Origin: Longimicrobiales bacterium
GTDB taxonomy: Bacteria; Gemmatimonadota; Gemmatimonadetes; Longimicrobiales; Gaopeijiaceae
Assembly: GCA_041690395.1 (NCBI GenBank)
Contig: JAWLHJ010000001.1
Coordinates: 608,001-672,000, forward strand
Direction of reading: 5' to 3'
DNA length: 64,000 nt
How positions within the stretch are numbered: position 1 is the first letter of the stretch; each line of letters opens with the position of its first letter. Shown one piece after another: positions 19,065 to 28,251 of the stretch. Position numbers and translations under genes: made by a program. The notes under the pieces are model-generated. The model was not told where the DNA came from. It did not search any database and worked only from the letters and a program-made list of their open reading frames with translations.

Positions 19065-20846
19065 CTACCGCACGCCCCAGAAGAGCCACATCCCGGCCAT
19101 CATCGCCAGGAGGGTGACGACCGTCATGCCCGCGCCAACCCGAGCGAAGTCGCGCCTCCGGTAGCCTCCGGTTCCCATCATCATCGCGTTGACCGGATGC
19201 GCGATCGGCGTGAGGAATGCCGTGGACGCGCCGATGGCGACCGCCACGGCCATGGGCTGGGGGGCGATGCCTGCCGTGGCCGCGACGGCGAGTGCGACGG
19301 GCCCTACCAGGAGGGCGCTCACCTGCCCACCGATGATCTGCGTGGCGGCCGTGCTTACCCCGAACATGACCGCGATCGCGAGCATGGGTCGGTCCCCACT
19401 GACCGCCGCGCCGAGACCGTCGGCGATGCGGTCCGCGAGTCCGGTGTCGATCATGGCGAAGCCGAGCGGGAGGAGACCCGCGACCAGGAAGATCACGTGC
19501 CACTCGACCGACCGGTACGCCTGCTCCATGGTCACGCAGCGCGTGAGGACCATGGCCATCGCGCCGGCGAGGACCGTCTCGCCGATCGGGAGGAGCCCCG
19601 AGAAGGCGACCGCGACCACCAGGCCGAAGATCGCCAGCGCGACCGGCGCTCGCTCGGGCCGCTCGGGCGCGGACAGCTTGCTGCCGACCAGCAGGAAGTC
19701 CCCGCTCCGCGTCAGGGCGTCCAGTCGCTTGGGGAGGTTCACGACCAGGAGCCCGTCGCCGATCTCGAGCGGCGTCTTACCGACATCGGTCCGGATGATC
19801 TCGCCTTCACGCCAAAGCGCGAGCACGGTCACGCCGTACTTCGTGCGGAGCTCCAGATCGGTGAGGGTCCTTCCGGTGCCGCGCGAGCGCGGAGGCACGA
19901 CCAGCTCGGTCAGCTCGAGCTCCTCCTGGAGGTCGCCGGGGGACGCCCCGGTGCGCAGCTCCACGCCCCATGGCACCAGCTCGCGGACGCGGTCCTTGTG
20001 GCCGAGCACGACGACGCGGTCGCCGGCCACGATCGCGATGCCCGGCCCCGGCACCAGGAAGGTCCGGTGGCGACGGCGGATGGCGAGCACCGACAGGCCG
20101 AAGCGCTCCCTGAAGCCGATCTCCTCGATCGTCTTCCCCTCGAGCTTGGAGCCGGCCCGTACCTCGAACTCCCAGAAGCGCTCGCCGAGCTTGTACAGAC
20201 CGAAGAAGTCGCCGTAAGGGTCCTCGGCGTCCTTGGCTCGCTCGGGAAGGAGACGGCGGCCGACGAAGAGCATGAACGCGATGCCCACGACGGCCACCAG
20301 CCCCCCGGTCAGCGCGAAGTCCATCATGCCGAGCGGCTCCGAGCCTTGCTGTATCAGCAGGTCGCTCATGATGATGTTGGCGCTCGTGAAGATCGTCGCC
20401 ATGCCGCCGAGGAGGGTGGCGTACGACACCGGCATCAGCAGACTCGATACGGGCACGCCCGAAGAGCGCGCGACGCGGATCGACGCCGGTAGGAAGAGCG
20501 CGCCCACGGCGACGTTGTTCATGCCGAGAGAGAGCGCCGCCGCAGTCGCCATGAGGGTGAAGAGCAGCCGGCCCTCGCTCCCACCGCCGACGGTCGACAG
20601 CCGCATCGCCGCCCAGCGGATCACGCCGGTGTCCTCGAGACCCTCGGCCAGGATGAAGAGGCCCAGGAGCGTCATGACCACGGTGCTGCTGAGCCCCTGG
20701 AAGACGCCTCCGTCCGGAATGACGCCGAGGAGCCCGAGGGAGAGGGCCGCCAGGATGGCGACCAGATCGGACCGCAGGCGCGTGCCGAACATGAGCCCGA
20801 TGGTTCCGACGAAAACTCCGACGAGCATCCACTCGGGCGTGGTCAT
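19065..20846 (-). CDS. SLC13/CitMHS-type permease with tandem TrkA-C domains
   Basis: MNNVAV, LGGMATIFTSANI, two RCK_C regions (GSKLEGKTIEE, GRTLTDLELR), FLTPIAHPVN..M..GGY; start ATG 20846. Confidence 0.88.
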   Translation of the reverse strand: MTTPEWMLVGVFVGTIGLMFGTRLRSDLVAILAALSLGLLGVIPDGGVFQGLSSTVVMTLLGLFILAEGLEDTGVIRWAAMRLSTVGGGSEGRLLFTLMATAAALSLGMNNVAVGALFLPASIRVARSSGVPVSSLLMPVSYATLLGGMATIFTSANIIMSDLLIQQGSEPLGMMDFALTGGLVAVVGIAFMLFVGRRLLPERAKDAEDPYGDFFGLYKLGERFWEFEVRAGSKLEGKTIEEIGFRERFGLSVLAIRRRHRTFLVPGPGIAIVAGDRVVVLGHKDRVRELVPWGVELRTGASPGDLQEELELTELVVPPRSRGTGRTLTDLELRTKYGVTVLALWREGEIIRTDVGKTPLEIGDGLLVVNLPKRLDALTRSGDFLLVGSKLSAPERPERAPVALAIFGLVVAVAFSGLLPIGETVLAGAMAMVLTRCVTMEQAYRSVEWHVIFLVAGLLPLGFAMIDTGLADRIADGLGAAVSGDRPMLAIAVMFGVSTAATQIIGGQVSALLVGPVALAVAATAGIAPQPMAVAVAIGASTAFLTPIAHPVNAMMMGTGGYRRRDFARVGAGMTVVTLLAMMAGMWLFWGVR

Positions 20847-20982
20847 TCGGGTCTGCCGGGGTCGGGGGCGGCCATGGATTCGGACTGTCGAAGCTGGATG
20901 AGACCTCCTAGTGTGCCCCGGGCCGGCTGCCAAGTCCAGCCGCGCCCTTCCCACATTCTCGAGATGCTTGGAGCCCGAACCG

Positions 20983-22191
20983 ATGCCGTATCCCGCGCCA
21001 GACCCGAAGACATCCCTCCGCACGAGCCTCCATGGGTTCGCGTGCGCCGCCCTTCTCGGCCTCGCGGCCGGCTGTGCCGGACCGGCCGATGACCCCGCGG
21101 CCGCGGAGCCGGCCGGGCGACTGGTGATCGTCGGAGGCGCCCTCGACCGTGGGAACGCGGGCGTATACCGGGCGGTCCTCGAGGCCAGGCAGGGGGATGG
21201 CCCCTTCTGCGTCCTGCCCACCGCGAGCGGCGTGCCGGAGGAGTCGATGGCGTCGGCGGTGGCCGCATTCACGGAGCACGGCGCGGATTCGGTGGATGGC
21301 GTGTTCATCACCACCGACAACCCCGATGCCGCGAGAGATCCGGCGATCGCCGAGCGCCTGAGCCGGTGCTCCGGCTTCTGGTTCGTCGGCGGGGTCCAGT
21401 CCCGGGTGGTCGACGTGTTCCTCCCCGGTGGCGCGAGGACGCCCGCCTACGACGCCGTCATGGAGCGCTTCCGCGCAGGGGCCGTGGTGTCCGGGTCGAG
21501 CGCCGGCGCGGCCATCATGTCGCCGACCATGATCGCCGGGGGCTCGAGTGCCGGCGCGCTGGCCGAAGGGGTCGTCACCGAGGAGGGAGAGGAGGAGGAC
21601 GCGGAAGGCGTGCTCGTGGAGCCCGGGATGGGCTTCCACGAGGGTGCGGTCTACGATCAGCACTTCCTCGCGCGCGGGCGCATCGGGCGACTCCTGGTGG
21701 CGACCCTGGCCGGCGTCGGGGACGGGGTCGGCTTCGGCATCGACGAGAACACCGCGCTGGTCGTGGACGGGCCCGAGGCGTGGGTCGTCGGGGCGTCTGG
21801 CGTCGTGCTCGTGGACGCACGCGACGCGGAACGGTCGCCGACCGGTCACGGGGGCACCGGCCTGCGCCTCTACCTCGTCGGAGACGGCGACCGGATCGAC
21901 CTGGAAACCCTCGAGGTCGTGCCCGCGGGTGACAAGCCCGTCCTGGTGCCGGTCGACGCCGAAGTCGCCGCCCCGGACGACCCGTTCGCGCGCTGGGCGT
22001 TCCTGCATCTCCTGCACGACCTCGGAACGTCGGAGGCGTCGTCGGTCGACGTGGCCGCGGAGGGCTACGTCCTTTCCGTGCAGGAGGGTCCGGAGTTCCA
22101 GGCGCGGGCCCACGCGGAGCCCGGGGTGGAGAATACGCCTCGCGGGCTGTCCGCCGGGCCGTTCGTGGTCTCGCTGATGCCCGAGGGGTGA
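20983..22191 (+). CDS. Cyanophycinase-like S51 peptidase, lipoprotein
   Basis: LVIVGG, LPTASG, WFVGGVQ, GSSAGAA (Ser), DQHFLARGRIGRL (His), GIDENTA (Glu); lipobox LAAGC. Confidence 0.85.
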   Translation: MPYPAPDPKTSLRTSLHGFACAALLGLAAGCAGPADDPAAAEPAGRLVIVGGALDRGNAGVYRAVLEARQGDGPFCVLPTASGVPEESMASAVAAFTEHGADSVDGVFITTDNPDAARDPAIAERLSRCSGFWFVGGVQSRVVDVFLPGGARTPAYDAVMERFRAGAVVSGSSAGAAIMSPTMIAGGSSAGALAEGVVTEEGEEEDAEGVLVEPGMGFHEGAVYDQHFLARGRIGRLLVATLAGVGDGVGFGIDENTALVVDGPEAWVVGASGVVLVDARDAERSPTGHGGTGLRLYLVGDGDRIDLETLEVVPAGDKPVLVPVDAEVAAPDDPFARWAFLHLLHDLGTSEASSVDVAAEGYVLSVQEGPEFQARAHAEPGVENTPRGLSAGPFVVSLMPEG

Positions 22192-22257
22192 TCGAGCGCT
22201 CCCGCACGCGTCGTCCGTCCCACGAGCGCCCCGGGACGGACGACGCGCCGGGCGGCG

Positions 22258-23079
22258 CTACCGGCCACCGTTGGCCCGGAGGTCGTCGAGGCAGTTCTGG
22301 TCGAGCGGCGGCGGCCCGCTGTCGAGGAGGTTCGCGAGGAAGTCGGTGGTCCGCACGGCGTAGTACATGAGGCACCGGTCGTCGTCGCAGTGGCGCCCGT
22401 TGTCGGGATCCCTGTGCGGCTCCTGCATGTCCGTTCCGTTGTCCACGAGACCCATGATGTGCCCGAACTCGTGCATGGCCACCGTGGCCTCGACCCTGCG
22501 CTTCGTCGGCTGGCCCAGGCTGCCCGTGTTGTCCTGGATCTTCTCTCCGAAGAGCGCCGTCGACGTGTTGTAATAGGCGATGCCCAGAACGTTCTCCTGC
22601 GTGTACTGACCATCGACGACGAGCAGGTAGGTCGCCAGGGTGTCGCCCGAGGTGAAGATCTCGCGGTGCTCCTCCTCGAGGGCACGAATGTCCGCCGCCG
22701 AGTACGTCGTGCCGGTCGCGGGTCCGATCGGCTGGTCGTCGACCCGGATCTCGATGCCGCCCGGCTTGCTCAGACGAGCCTCGAGGAACGCCGCGAGGTC
22801 GTCGAGGGCACCCGGCTCCGGCGCCATCCCCTCGACGTATTGCACCTCGACCACGAGGTGCTCGAAGTCCTGGTCGGACAGCAGGTCGGCGGCGGAGGCC
22901 CCGGTCGCGCGGTCGTGCGCGTAGGGCGTGTCACCGTTGGGGTCCCCGTTCGACGGATCGGTGGGGCTGTCGCCACAGGCCGTCGGTATCAGCGCGAGCG
23001 CGCCCAGGAGCAGGAGGACCGTATGGGCGGCGGGCAGCCGGCGACGGGTGCCGATGCTGGACGTACGATGGGGCGTCAT
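22258..23079 (-). CDS. Zinc metalloprotease lipoprotein (metzincin-like)
   Basis: Lipobox PTAC; HEFGHIMGL...HCDDDRCLM; start ATG 23079. Confidence 0.78.
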   Translation of the reverse strand: MTPHRTSSIGTRRRLPAAHTVLLLLGALALIPTACGDSPTDPSNGDPNGDTPYAHDRATGASAADLLSDQDFEHLVVEVQYVEGMAPEPGALDDLAAFLEARLSKPGGIEIRVDDQPIGPATGTTYSAADIRALEEEHREIFTSGDTLATYLLVVDGQYTQENVLGIAYYNTSTALFGEKIQDNTGSLGQPTKRRVEATVAMHEFGHIMGLVDNGTDMQEPHRDPDNGRHCDDDRCLMYYAVRTTDFLANLLDSGPPPLDQNCLDDLRANGGR

Positions 23080-23216
23080 GAGGTCACTCTCGTGGTCTCG
23101 GGAGGGAGGCACGGTCTGTGGGCCGCCATCCATGCAAGCCGCGTACCGGCCCGCGGGCCACGGGTGCCGCATGCGCGGCGCCCTCACCGTCTTCTTCGGA
23201 AGCCGGCTGGTACTCG

Positions 23217-23747
23217 TCAGCCTCCGACCGGCTCGTACCGGCCGTCGAACCAGACGACCCACTCGCCGGTCTCGGCGTCGAGCTGCTCGAAGAGCTGGCG
23301 CACCGATCCGTCGGGATTGGGCGTCCAGGTCCCACGGAAGGGCACGGCCTGGCGCGAGCGATAGCCGTGGAGCTCGCCCTCGAGGACCATCCGGCCCTCG
23401 TCGTCGAGCCCACCCTCGATCTCGATGGAGTAGCCCCCCGAGACCCAGTACTGCCTCCACGTCCCACGCACGCTGTCGTAGTAGTTCATGGACGTGCCGT
23501 CCACGCCGCCTACCGAGCTCCAGTTCTCCACGAGGAGGCACCCGCCGTGCCGTGACTCGATGCGGTTGGTGCCGGCGCGCTGGCCGTTCGCGGCGTTGTA
23601 CACCTCCCACGTCCCGATCCAGAAGTCGAACTGTCGGAACTCGGGCTCGTTCTCACATACGGGGGGCGGGGGCGCCTGCGCGTGGGCCGACGCGGCCGGC
23701 GGGATCGTCGCCGCGAGCGCGAGCAGAGGAGGCAGGAGCATTCTCAT
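23217..23747 (-). CDS. Conserved secreted hypothetical protein (DUF1579-like beta barrel)
   Basis: Signal peptide; C...EFRQFDFWIGTW.V, GCLLVENW, GTS.NYYD, WRQYWV, WVVWFDGRY. Confidence 0.7.
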   Translation of the reverse strand: MRMLLPPLLALAATIPPAASAHAQAPPPPVCENEPEFRQFDFWIGTWEVYNAANGQRAGTNRIESRHGGCLLVENWSSVGGVDGTSMNYYDSVRGTWRQYWVSGGYSIEIEGGLDDEGRMVLEGELHGYRSRQAVPFRGTWTPNPDGSVRQLFEQLDAETGEWVVWFDGRYEPVGG

Positions 23748-23856
23748 CCATAGGAATACGAGGCTTTCGGCGCGGAGGTTCCCCTCGCTTGCCCGTTCGC
23801 GGGAAGCGGGCGTACGATGACGCTCAGTCAGCTGTCCGCCCATGGAGGCAAGCCCC

Positions 23857-26481
23857 ATGCAGTCTCGCATTCGCGCTCGTTCGTGCTTCGGCCGATTCCC
23901 GATCCTCGCCTTCGCCCTGTCGGTGGGACTCGCCGCTCCCCTCGCTGCCCAGGAGCGTCCCGCAGGATGGGATCCGGAGGCGGTCCTCCAGCAGGAGGAC
24001 TTCGCGCAGCCGCCGACCGCGATCGCGGAGGCCGTGCTCGCGCCCCGTTGGCTGAACGTGACGCTCTCCGAGATCAACGCGAGCGGGGACTGGTTCCTCC
24101 ATTCCGTGGGCGACGGGCCGGTGACGATGGATCGCTTCGCGCTCCCGTTCCACGACCTGGGCGGTCAGTTCATCGACCACCGGGCGAACCGCGACCGGGC
24201 GCTCACCATCCGGAGCGACGTGGGCATCCAGCTCGTCTCGGCCACGGACGGGACGGTGCGGGACGTTGAGGTGCCCTCGGGCGCGAGGGTGACGAACGCG
24301 GCCTGGTCGCCCGACGGCACGCGACTGGCGTTCTTCGCCCACACACCCGAGGAGACGCATCTCTACGTGGCGGGATTGGACGGAGAGGCGCGGCGGGTAA
24401 CCCCGCGTCCGGTTCTGGCCACGGGCTTCACGTCGTTCGACTGGTCGGCCGACGGAAGCACGCTCGCGACCGTGATCGTCCCCCGGAACCGCGCGCCCAT
24501 GCCGGTCGAGCCGGCCCGGCCCCGCGGCCCGCAGGTCAAGTTGACCGAGGAAGGCGAGAACATGCTGCGCGTCTTCAAGAGCCTGCTCGCGACGCCCTAC
24601 GAGAAGGATCTGGTGGAGTGGCACAACACGGGACAGGTCGCGTTGATCGACGTCGCGGGCGGCGACGCGACCGAGGTCGGGGACCCGGTCATGGTGCGAA
24701 GCCTCGACGTGAGTGCCGACGGACGCCACGTCCTCGTCGAGGGCATGGTGCGTCCGTTCAGCTACGTGGTACCGGTCCGCATGTTCGGGTCGATCCAGGA
24801 GATCTGGGACCGTGAGGGATCCGTTCTGGCGGAGGTCCGTGCCGACCCGCTCGACACCGGGCTGGAGGGTGGTCCCCGCGCGGGTGGTCCCGGCTTCTCC
24901 GCCTACGGCGAGGGTGACGGACCGAGGAACATCGCCTGGCGGACGGACGGCTCGGGGCTCGTCTACCTCGAGCGGGCGCCACGCCCCGACGAGGAGGAGG
25001 ACGAGGAGGAGACGTCGAACGGTGACCGGCCCGACCGGTTGATCCTCTGGCGGGCGCCGTTCGGCGAAGCCGACCGCGAGGTTCTGCTCGAGAACGAGCT
25101 CGAGATGGAGTGGGTCCGCTTCGGTGACGGGGAGGATGTCGTCTTCATCCGGGAAGAGGACGACGGGGAGGCCCACCACTTCGCCGTGTTCCTCGGTGAC
25201 ACGGGCACCAGGCACACGCTGGCCCGCTTCGACGCCGGGGACGTGTACGAGGACCCCGGCGTGCCGGTAGCCGCGGACGGCACCTTCGCCACGCGCGGGG
25301 GGCGGGGATGGAGTGTCGACGGGGACGTCGCGCTCTCGGCCGACGCCGCGCACGTCTTCTACCAGGGGGTCGACTACGACGAGAGTCCGCTCGACGTCGG
25401 CCCGCGCAGCTACGTGGACCGTGTCCGGATCCGCACCGGCGAGCGCACCCGGATCTACGAGTCCGACGAGGAAGACGTCTTCGAGCAGCCACGGGCGTAC
25501 CGCGATCTCGAGGGCCTCGAGTGGGTCGTCAGCCGGGAGTCCGCGACCGAGGTGCCCCAGAGTTACCTCCGTCGCTGGGACGCCCTCACGCAGCTCACGG
25601 AGAACGTCGACTACACGCCGGACCTCACGCTCGCTCCGCGCGAGACCTTCACGGTCACCCGCCCCGACGGATTCCAGTTCCGGGTCAACGTCACGCTGCC
25701 CACGAGCTACCGGGAGGGTGACCGGCTCCCGGCCATGTTCTGGTTCTACCCGCGGGAGTACACGGAGCAGGAGGAGTACGACGAGACGCTCCTCACGCAC
25801 AACAAGAACGCCTTCCCCAACTTCGGGACGCGCTCCATCGAGTACCTGATCCGCATGGGGTACGCGGTGGTGGAGCCCGACGCGCCCATCGTGGGCAAGG
25901 AAGGCCGCATGAACGACAACTACCAGCACGACCTCAGGAACAACCTGGCCGCGGTGATCGACGAGCTCGATCTCCGGGGGATCATCGACCGGCGTCGGCT
26001 GGGCCTCGGGGGACACTCGTACGGGGCGTTCGGGACCGTGAACGCGATGGTGCACACTCCGTTCTTCAGGGCGGGGATCGCGGGGGACGGGAACTACAAC
26101 CGCACGCTCACCCCGCTCCACTTCCAGAGCGAGCGACGGACGCTGTGGGAGGCGAGGGACACCTATCTCCAGATGTCGCCCTTCATGTGGGCCGACCGGC
26201 TGACCGGCTCGCTGCTGCTCTACCACGGGTTGCACGATCAGAACGTCGGCACCGACCCGATCCACTCCCCCAAGCTCTTCCACGCGCTCAACGGTCTGGG
26301 GAAGGACGTGTCCATGTACCTCTACGAGAACGAGGACCACGGCCCGGCGGCGCGTGAGACGCTCCTCGATCTCTGGGCCCGGTGGACGGCGTGGCTCGAC
26401 ACGCGCCTGCTCGAGCAGACGCGCCGGAACATGACGTCCGACCGGGACGACGCGGACCCGGCGCTGGAGTGGCGGGAATGA
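23857..26481 (+). CDS. S9 prolyl oligopeptidase family serine peptidase
   Basis: RBS GGAGG 8 nt before ATG 23857; signal peptide; WSPDG/WSADG propeller repeats; GGHSYG, YNRTLTP..FQSE, HG..D.N, EDHG triad. Confidence 0.92.
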   Translation: MQSRIRARSCFGRFPILAFALSVGLAAPLAAQERPAGWDPEAVLQQEDFAQPPTAIAEAVLAPRWLNVTLSEINASGDWFLHSVGDGPVTMDRFALPFHDLGGQFIDHRANRDRALTIRSDVGIQLVSATDGTVRDVEVPSGARVTNAAWSPDGTRLAFFAHTPEETHLYVAGLDGEARRVTPRPVLATGFTSFDWSADGSTLATVIVPRNRAPMPVEPARPRGPQVKLTEEGENMLRVFKSLLATPYEKDLVEWHNTGQVALIDVAGGDATEVGDPVMVRSLDVSADGRHVLVEGMVRPFSYVVPVRMFGSIQEIWDREGSVLAEVRADPLDTGLEGGPRAGGPGFSAYGEGDGPRNIAWRTDGSGLVYLERAPRPDEEEDEEETSNGDRPDRLILWRAPFGEADREVLLENELEMEWVRFGDGEDVVFIREEDDGEAHHFAVFLGDTGTRHTLARFDAGDVYEDPGVPVAADGTFATRGGRGWSVDGDVALSADAAHVFYQGVDYDESPLDVGPRSYVDRVRIRTGERTRIYESDEEDVFEQPRAYRDLEGLEWVVSRESATEVPQSYLRRWDALTQLTENVDYTPDLTLAPRETFTVTRPDGFQFRVNVTLPTSYREGDRLPAMFWFYPREYTEQEEYDETLLTHNKNAFPNFGTRSIEYLIRMGYAVVEPDAPIVGKEGRMNDNYQHDLRNNLAAVIDELDLRGIIDRRRLGLGGHSYGAFGTVNAMVHTPFFRAGIAGDGNYNRTLTPLHFQSERRTLWEARDTYLQMSPFMWADRLTGSLLLYHGLHDQNVGTDPIHSPKLFHALNGLGKDVSMYLYENEDHGPAARETLLDLWARWTAWLDTRLLEQTRRNMTSDRDDADPALEWRE

Positions 26482-27671
26482 CCACCCGGCGGGAGTTCCT
26501 GCGCCGGTCGACGGTGGCCGGCGGCGCCGTCGCGCTCGGCCTCGGTGACCCGGCGGGAGTGCTCGGGGCCGCCGACGCGCGGGCAGCGTCCGGCGCGCAT
26601 GCCCGACCCGGCTCCCGGCCGTCGCGCACCGCGCCCCGCCGGATCCGCCTGCTCATTCTCGGCGGAACCGGCTTCATCGGCCCCTGGCAGGTACGCTACG
26701 CGGTCGAGCGCGGCCACGAGGTCACGATCTTCAACCGGGGGCGGAGCGCCCCGGGCATGTTCGACGGCGTCGAGGAGCTCACCGGCGACCGTGCGGCGCC
26801 CGACCTGAGCGCGCTGGAGGGCCGCACGTGGGACGCGGTGATCGACAACTCGGCGTCCCGCGCGGATGCGCCCATGTGGGTCCGCGACTCGGCCAACCTG
26901 CTCGCGGACGCCGCCGACCAGTACCTCTTCATCTCGACGCGCTCGGTCTTCCGTGACCTGAGCATGGTCCCGGCCACGGTCGATGCACCGTTGCTCACGC
27001 CCGAGACGACGTCCAACTGGTCACCGGGCGAGCCGTACCCCTACGGCCTGTCGAAGGCGCTGGCCGAGGGGGAGGCTCGTGCCGCGTTCGGTGACCGGAC
27101 GACCATCGTCCGCCCGGGGCTCATCGTCGGGCCGGGCGACGAGACCGACCGTTTCACGTACTGGCCGGTACGCATCGAGCGCGGGGGCGAGATTCTCGCG
27201 CCCGGCACGCCCGAGGGCGCCCGGATCCAGGTCATCGACGTGCGGGACCTGTGTGAGTGGGTCGTTCGCCTCTGCGAGGACCGGACCTACGGGACCTTCA
27301 TGGGCATCGGACCGGAGAACGGCCGCTCCATCGGCGAGATGCTCTATGGGATCGCCGGTGTGACGACGACGCCTCTCACCTGGACGTGGGTCGAGCGGGA
27401 GTTCTGCATCGAGAATGGGCTCAGGCCCTATCGTGAGCTGCCCGTGTGGCGGCCGCCGACGCCCGGCTACGAAGGATTCGCACGCTTCGACCTGAGCCGG
27501 GAAGTGGCCGCGGGCCTCACGTTCCGCTCCCTGGCGGACACCGCGACCGCGACGCTCGAGTACCACCACTCCAGGGACCCGGAACGCCGGGCGACCCTGC
27601 GCGCCGGCATGAGTCCCGAGAAGGAAGCCGAAGTATTGCGGGCCTGGCATGAGCGTGCCGCGGGGCGCTGA
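26478..27671 (+). CDS. NAD-dependent epimerase/dehydratase (extended SDR) with Tat signal
   Basis: TRREFL Tat motif; LILGGTGFIG, FNRG, YGLSK, RPGLIVGP, IDVRDL; ATGA overlap. Confidence 0.88.
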   Translation: MTTRREFLRRSTVAGGAVALGLGDPAGVLGAADARAASGAHARPGSRPSRTAPRRIRLLILGGTGFIGPWQVRYAVERGHEVTIFNRGRSAPGMFDGVEELTGDRAAPDLSALEGRTWDAVIDNSASRADAPMWVRDSANLLADAADQYLFISTRSVFRDLSMVPATVDAPLLTPETTSNWSPGEPYPYGLSKALAEGEARAAFGDRTTIVRPGLIVGPGDETDRFTYWPVRIERGGEILAPGTPEGARIQVIDVRDLCEWVVRLCEDRTYGTFMGIGPENGRSIGEMLYGIAGVTTTPLTWTWVEREFCIENGLRPYRELPVWRPPTPGYEGFARFDLSREVAAGLTFRSLADTATATLEYHHSRDPERRATLRAGMSPEKEAEVLRAWHERAAGR

Positions 27672-28251
27672 GCCCTCGCCGAGCCATCGGGTCACGGCGC
27701 TTCTCGTCGAGTGGGGAAACGGTCGTGACGGCGCGTTCGAAGACCTGGTCCCCCTCGTCTACGACGAGCTCCGCCGCCTCGCGAGCCTGGCCCTGCGCAA
27801 TGAAGTGGAGGGGCACACCCTGCACACGACCGCGCTCGTGCACGAGGCCTACCTGAAGCTCGTCGGCGCCGATGTCGGCTGGGAGGATTCCGGGCACTTC
27901 ATGCGGGTCGCGGCGCGTGCCATGAGGAGGGTTCTCGTGGACCACGCGCGCGGGCGCCTCCGCCAGAAGCGGGGCGCCGGTGTGCACCCCATTGCGCTGG
28001 ATACGCTCCAGGAGGTCCTGCCGGAAGGCGGCCGGCCGGAACTGGTCATCCAGCTCGATGAGGCCATGGAGCGACTAACGTCGCTAGAGGAGAGGAAGGG
28101 GCGCGTGGTCGAGCTGCACTATTTCGGTGGGCTCTCCTACGACGAGATCGCCCGTGCCCTCGGGATCTCTTCCGCGACCGTGCACCGGGACCTGAGGATG
28201 GCCAGGGCATGGCTCTACAGGGAGCTGACGGATGACGAAGGGTTCGAGTGA
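27649..28251 (+). CDS. ECF sigma factor, TIGR02999/ECF43-like
   Basis: VYDELRRLA, TL.TTALVHEAYLKL, AARAMRRVLVDHAR...KRG, VELHYFGGL, ATVHRDLRMARAWL. Confidence 0.92.
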   Translation: MSVPRGAEPSPSHRVTALLVEWGNGRDGAFEDLVPLVYDELRRLASLALRNEVEGHTLHTTALVHEAYLKLVGADVGWEDSGHFMRVAARAMRRVLVDHARGRLRQKRGAGVHPIALDTLQEVLPEGGRPELVIQLDEAMERLTSLEERKGRVVELHYFGGLSYDEIARALGISSATVHRDLRMARAWLYRELTDDEGFE

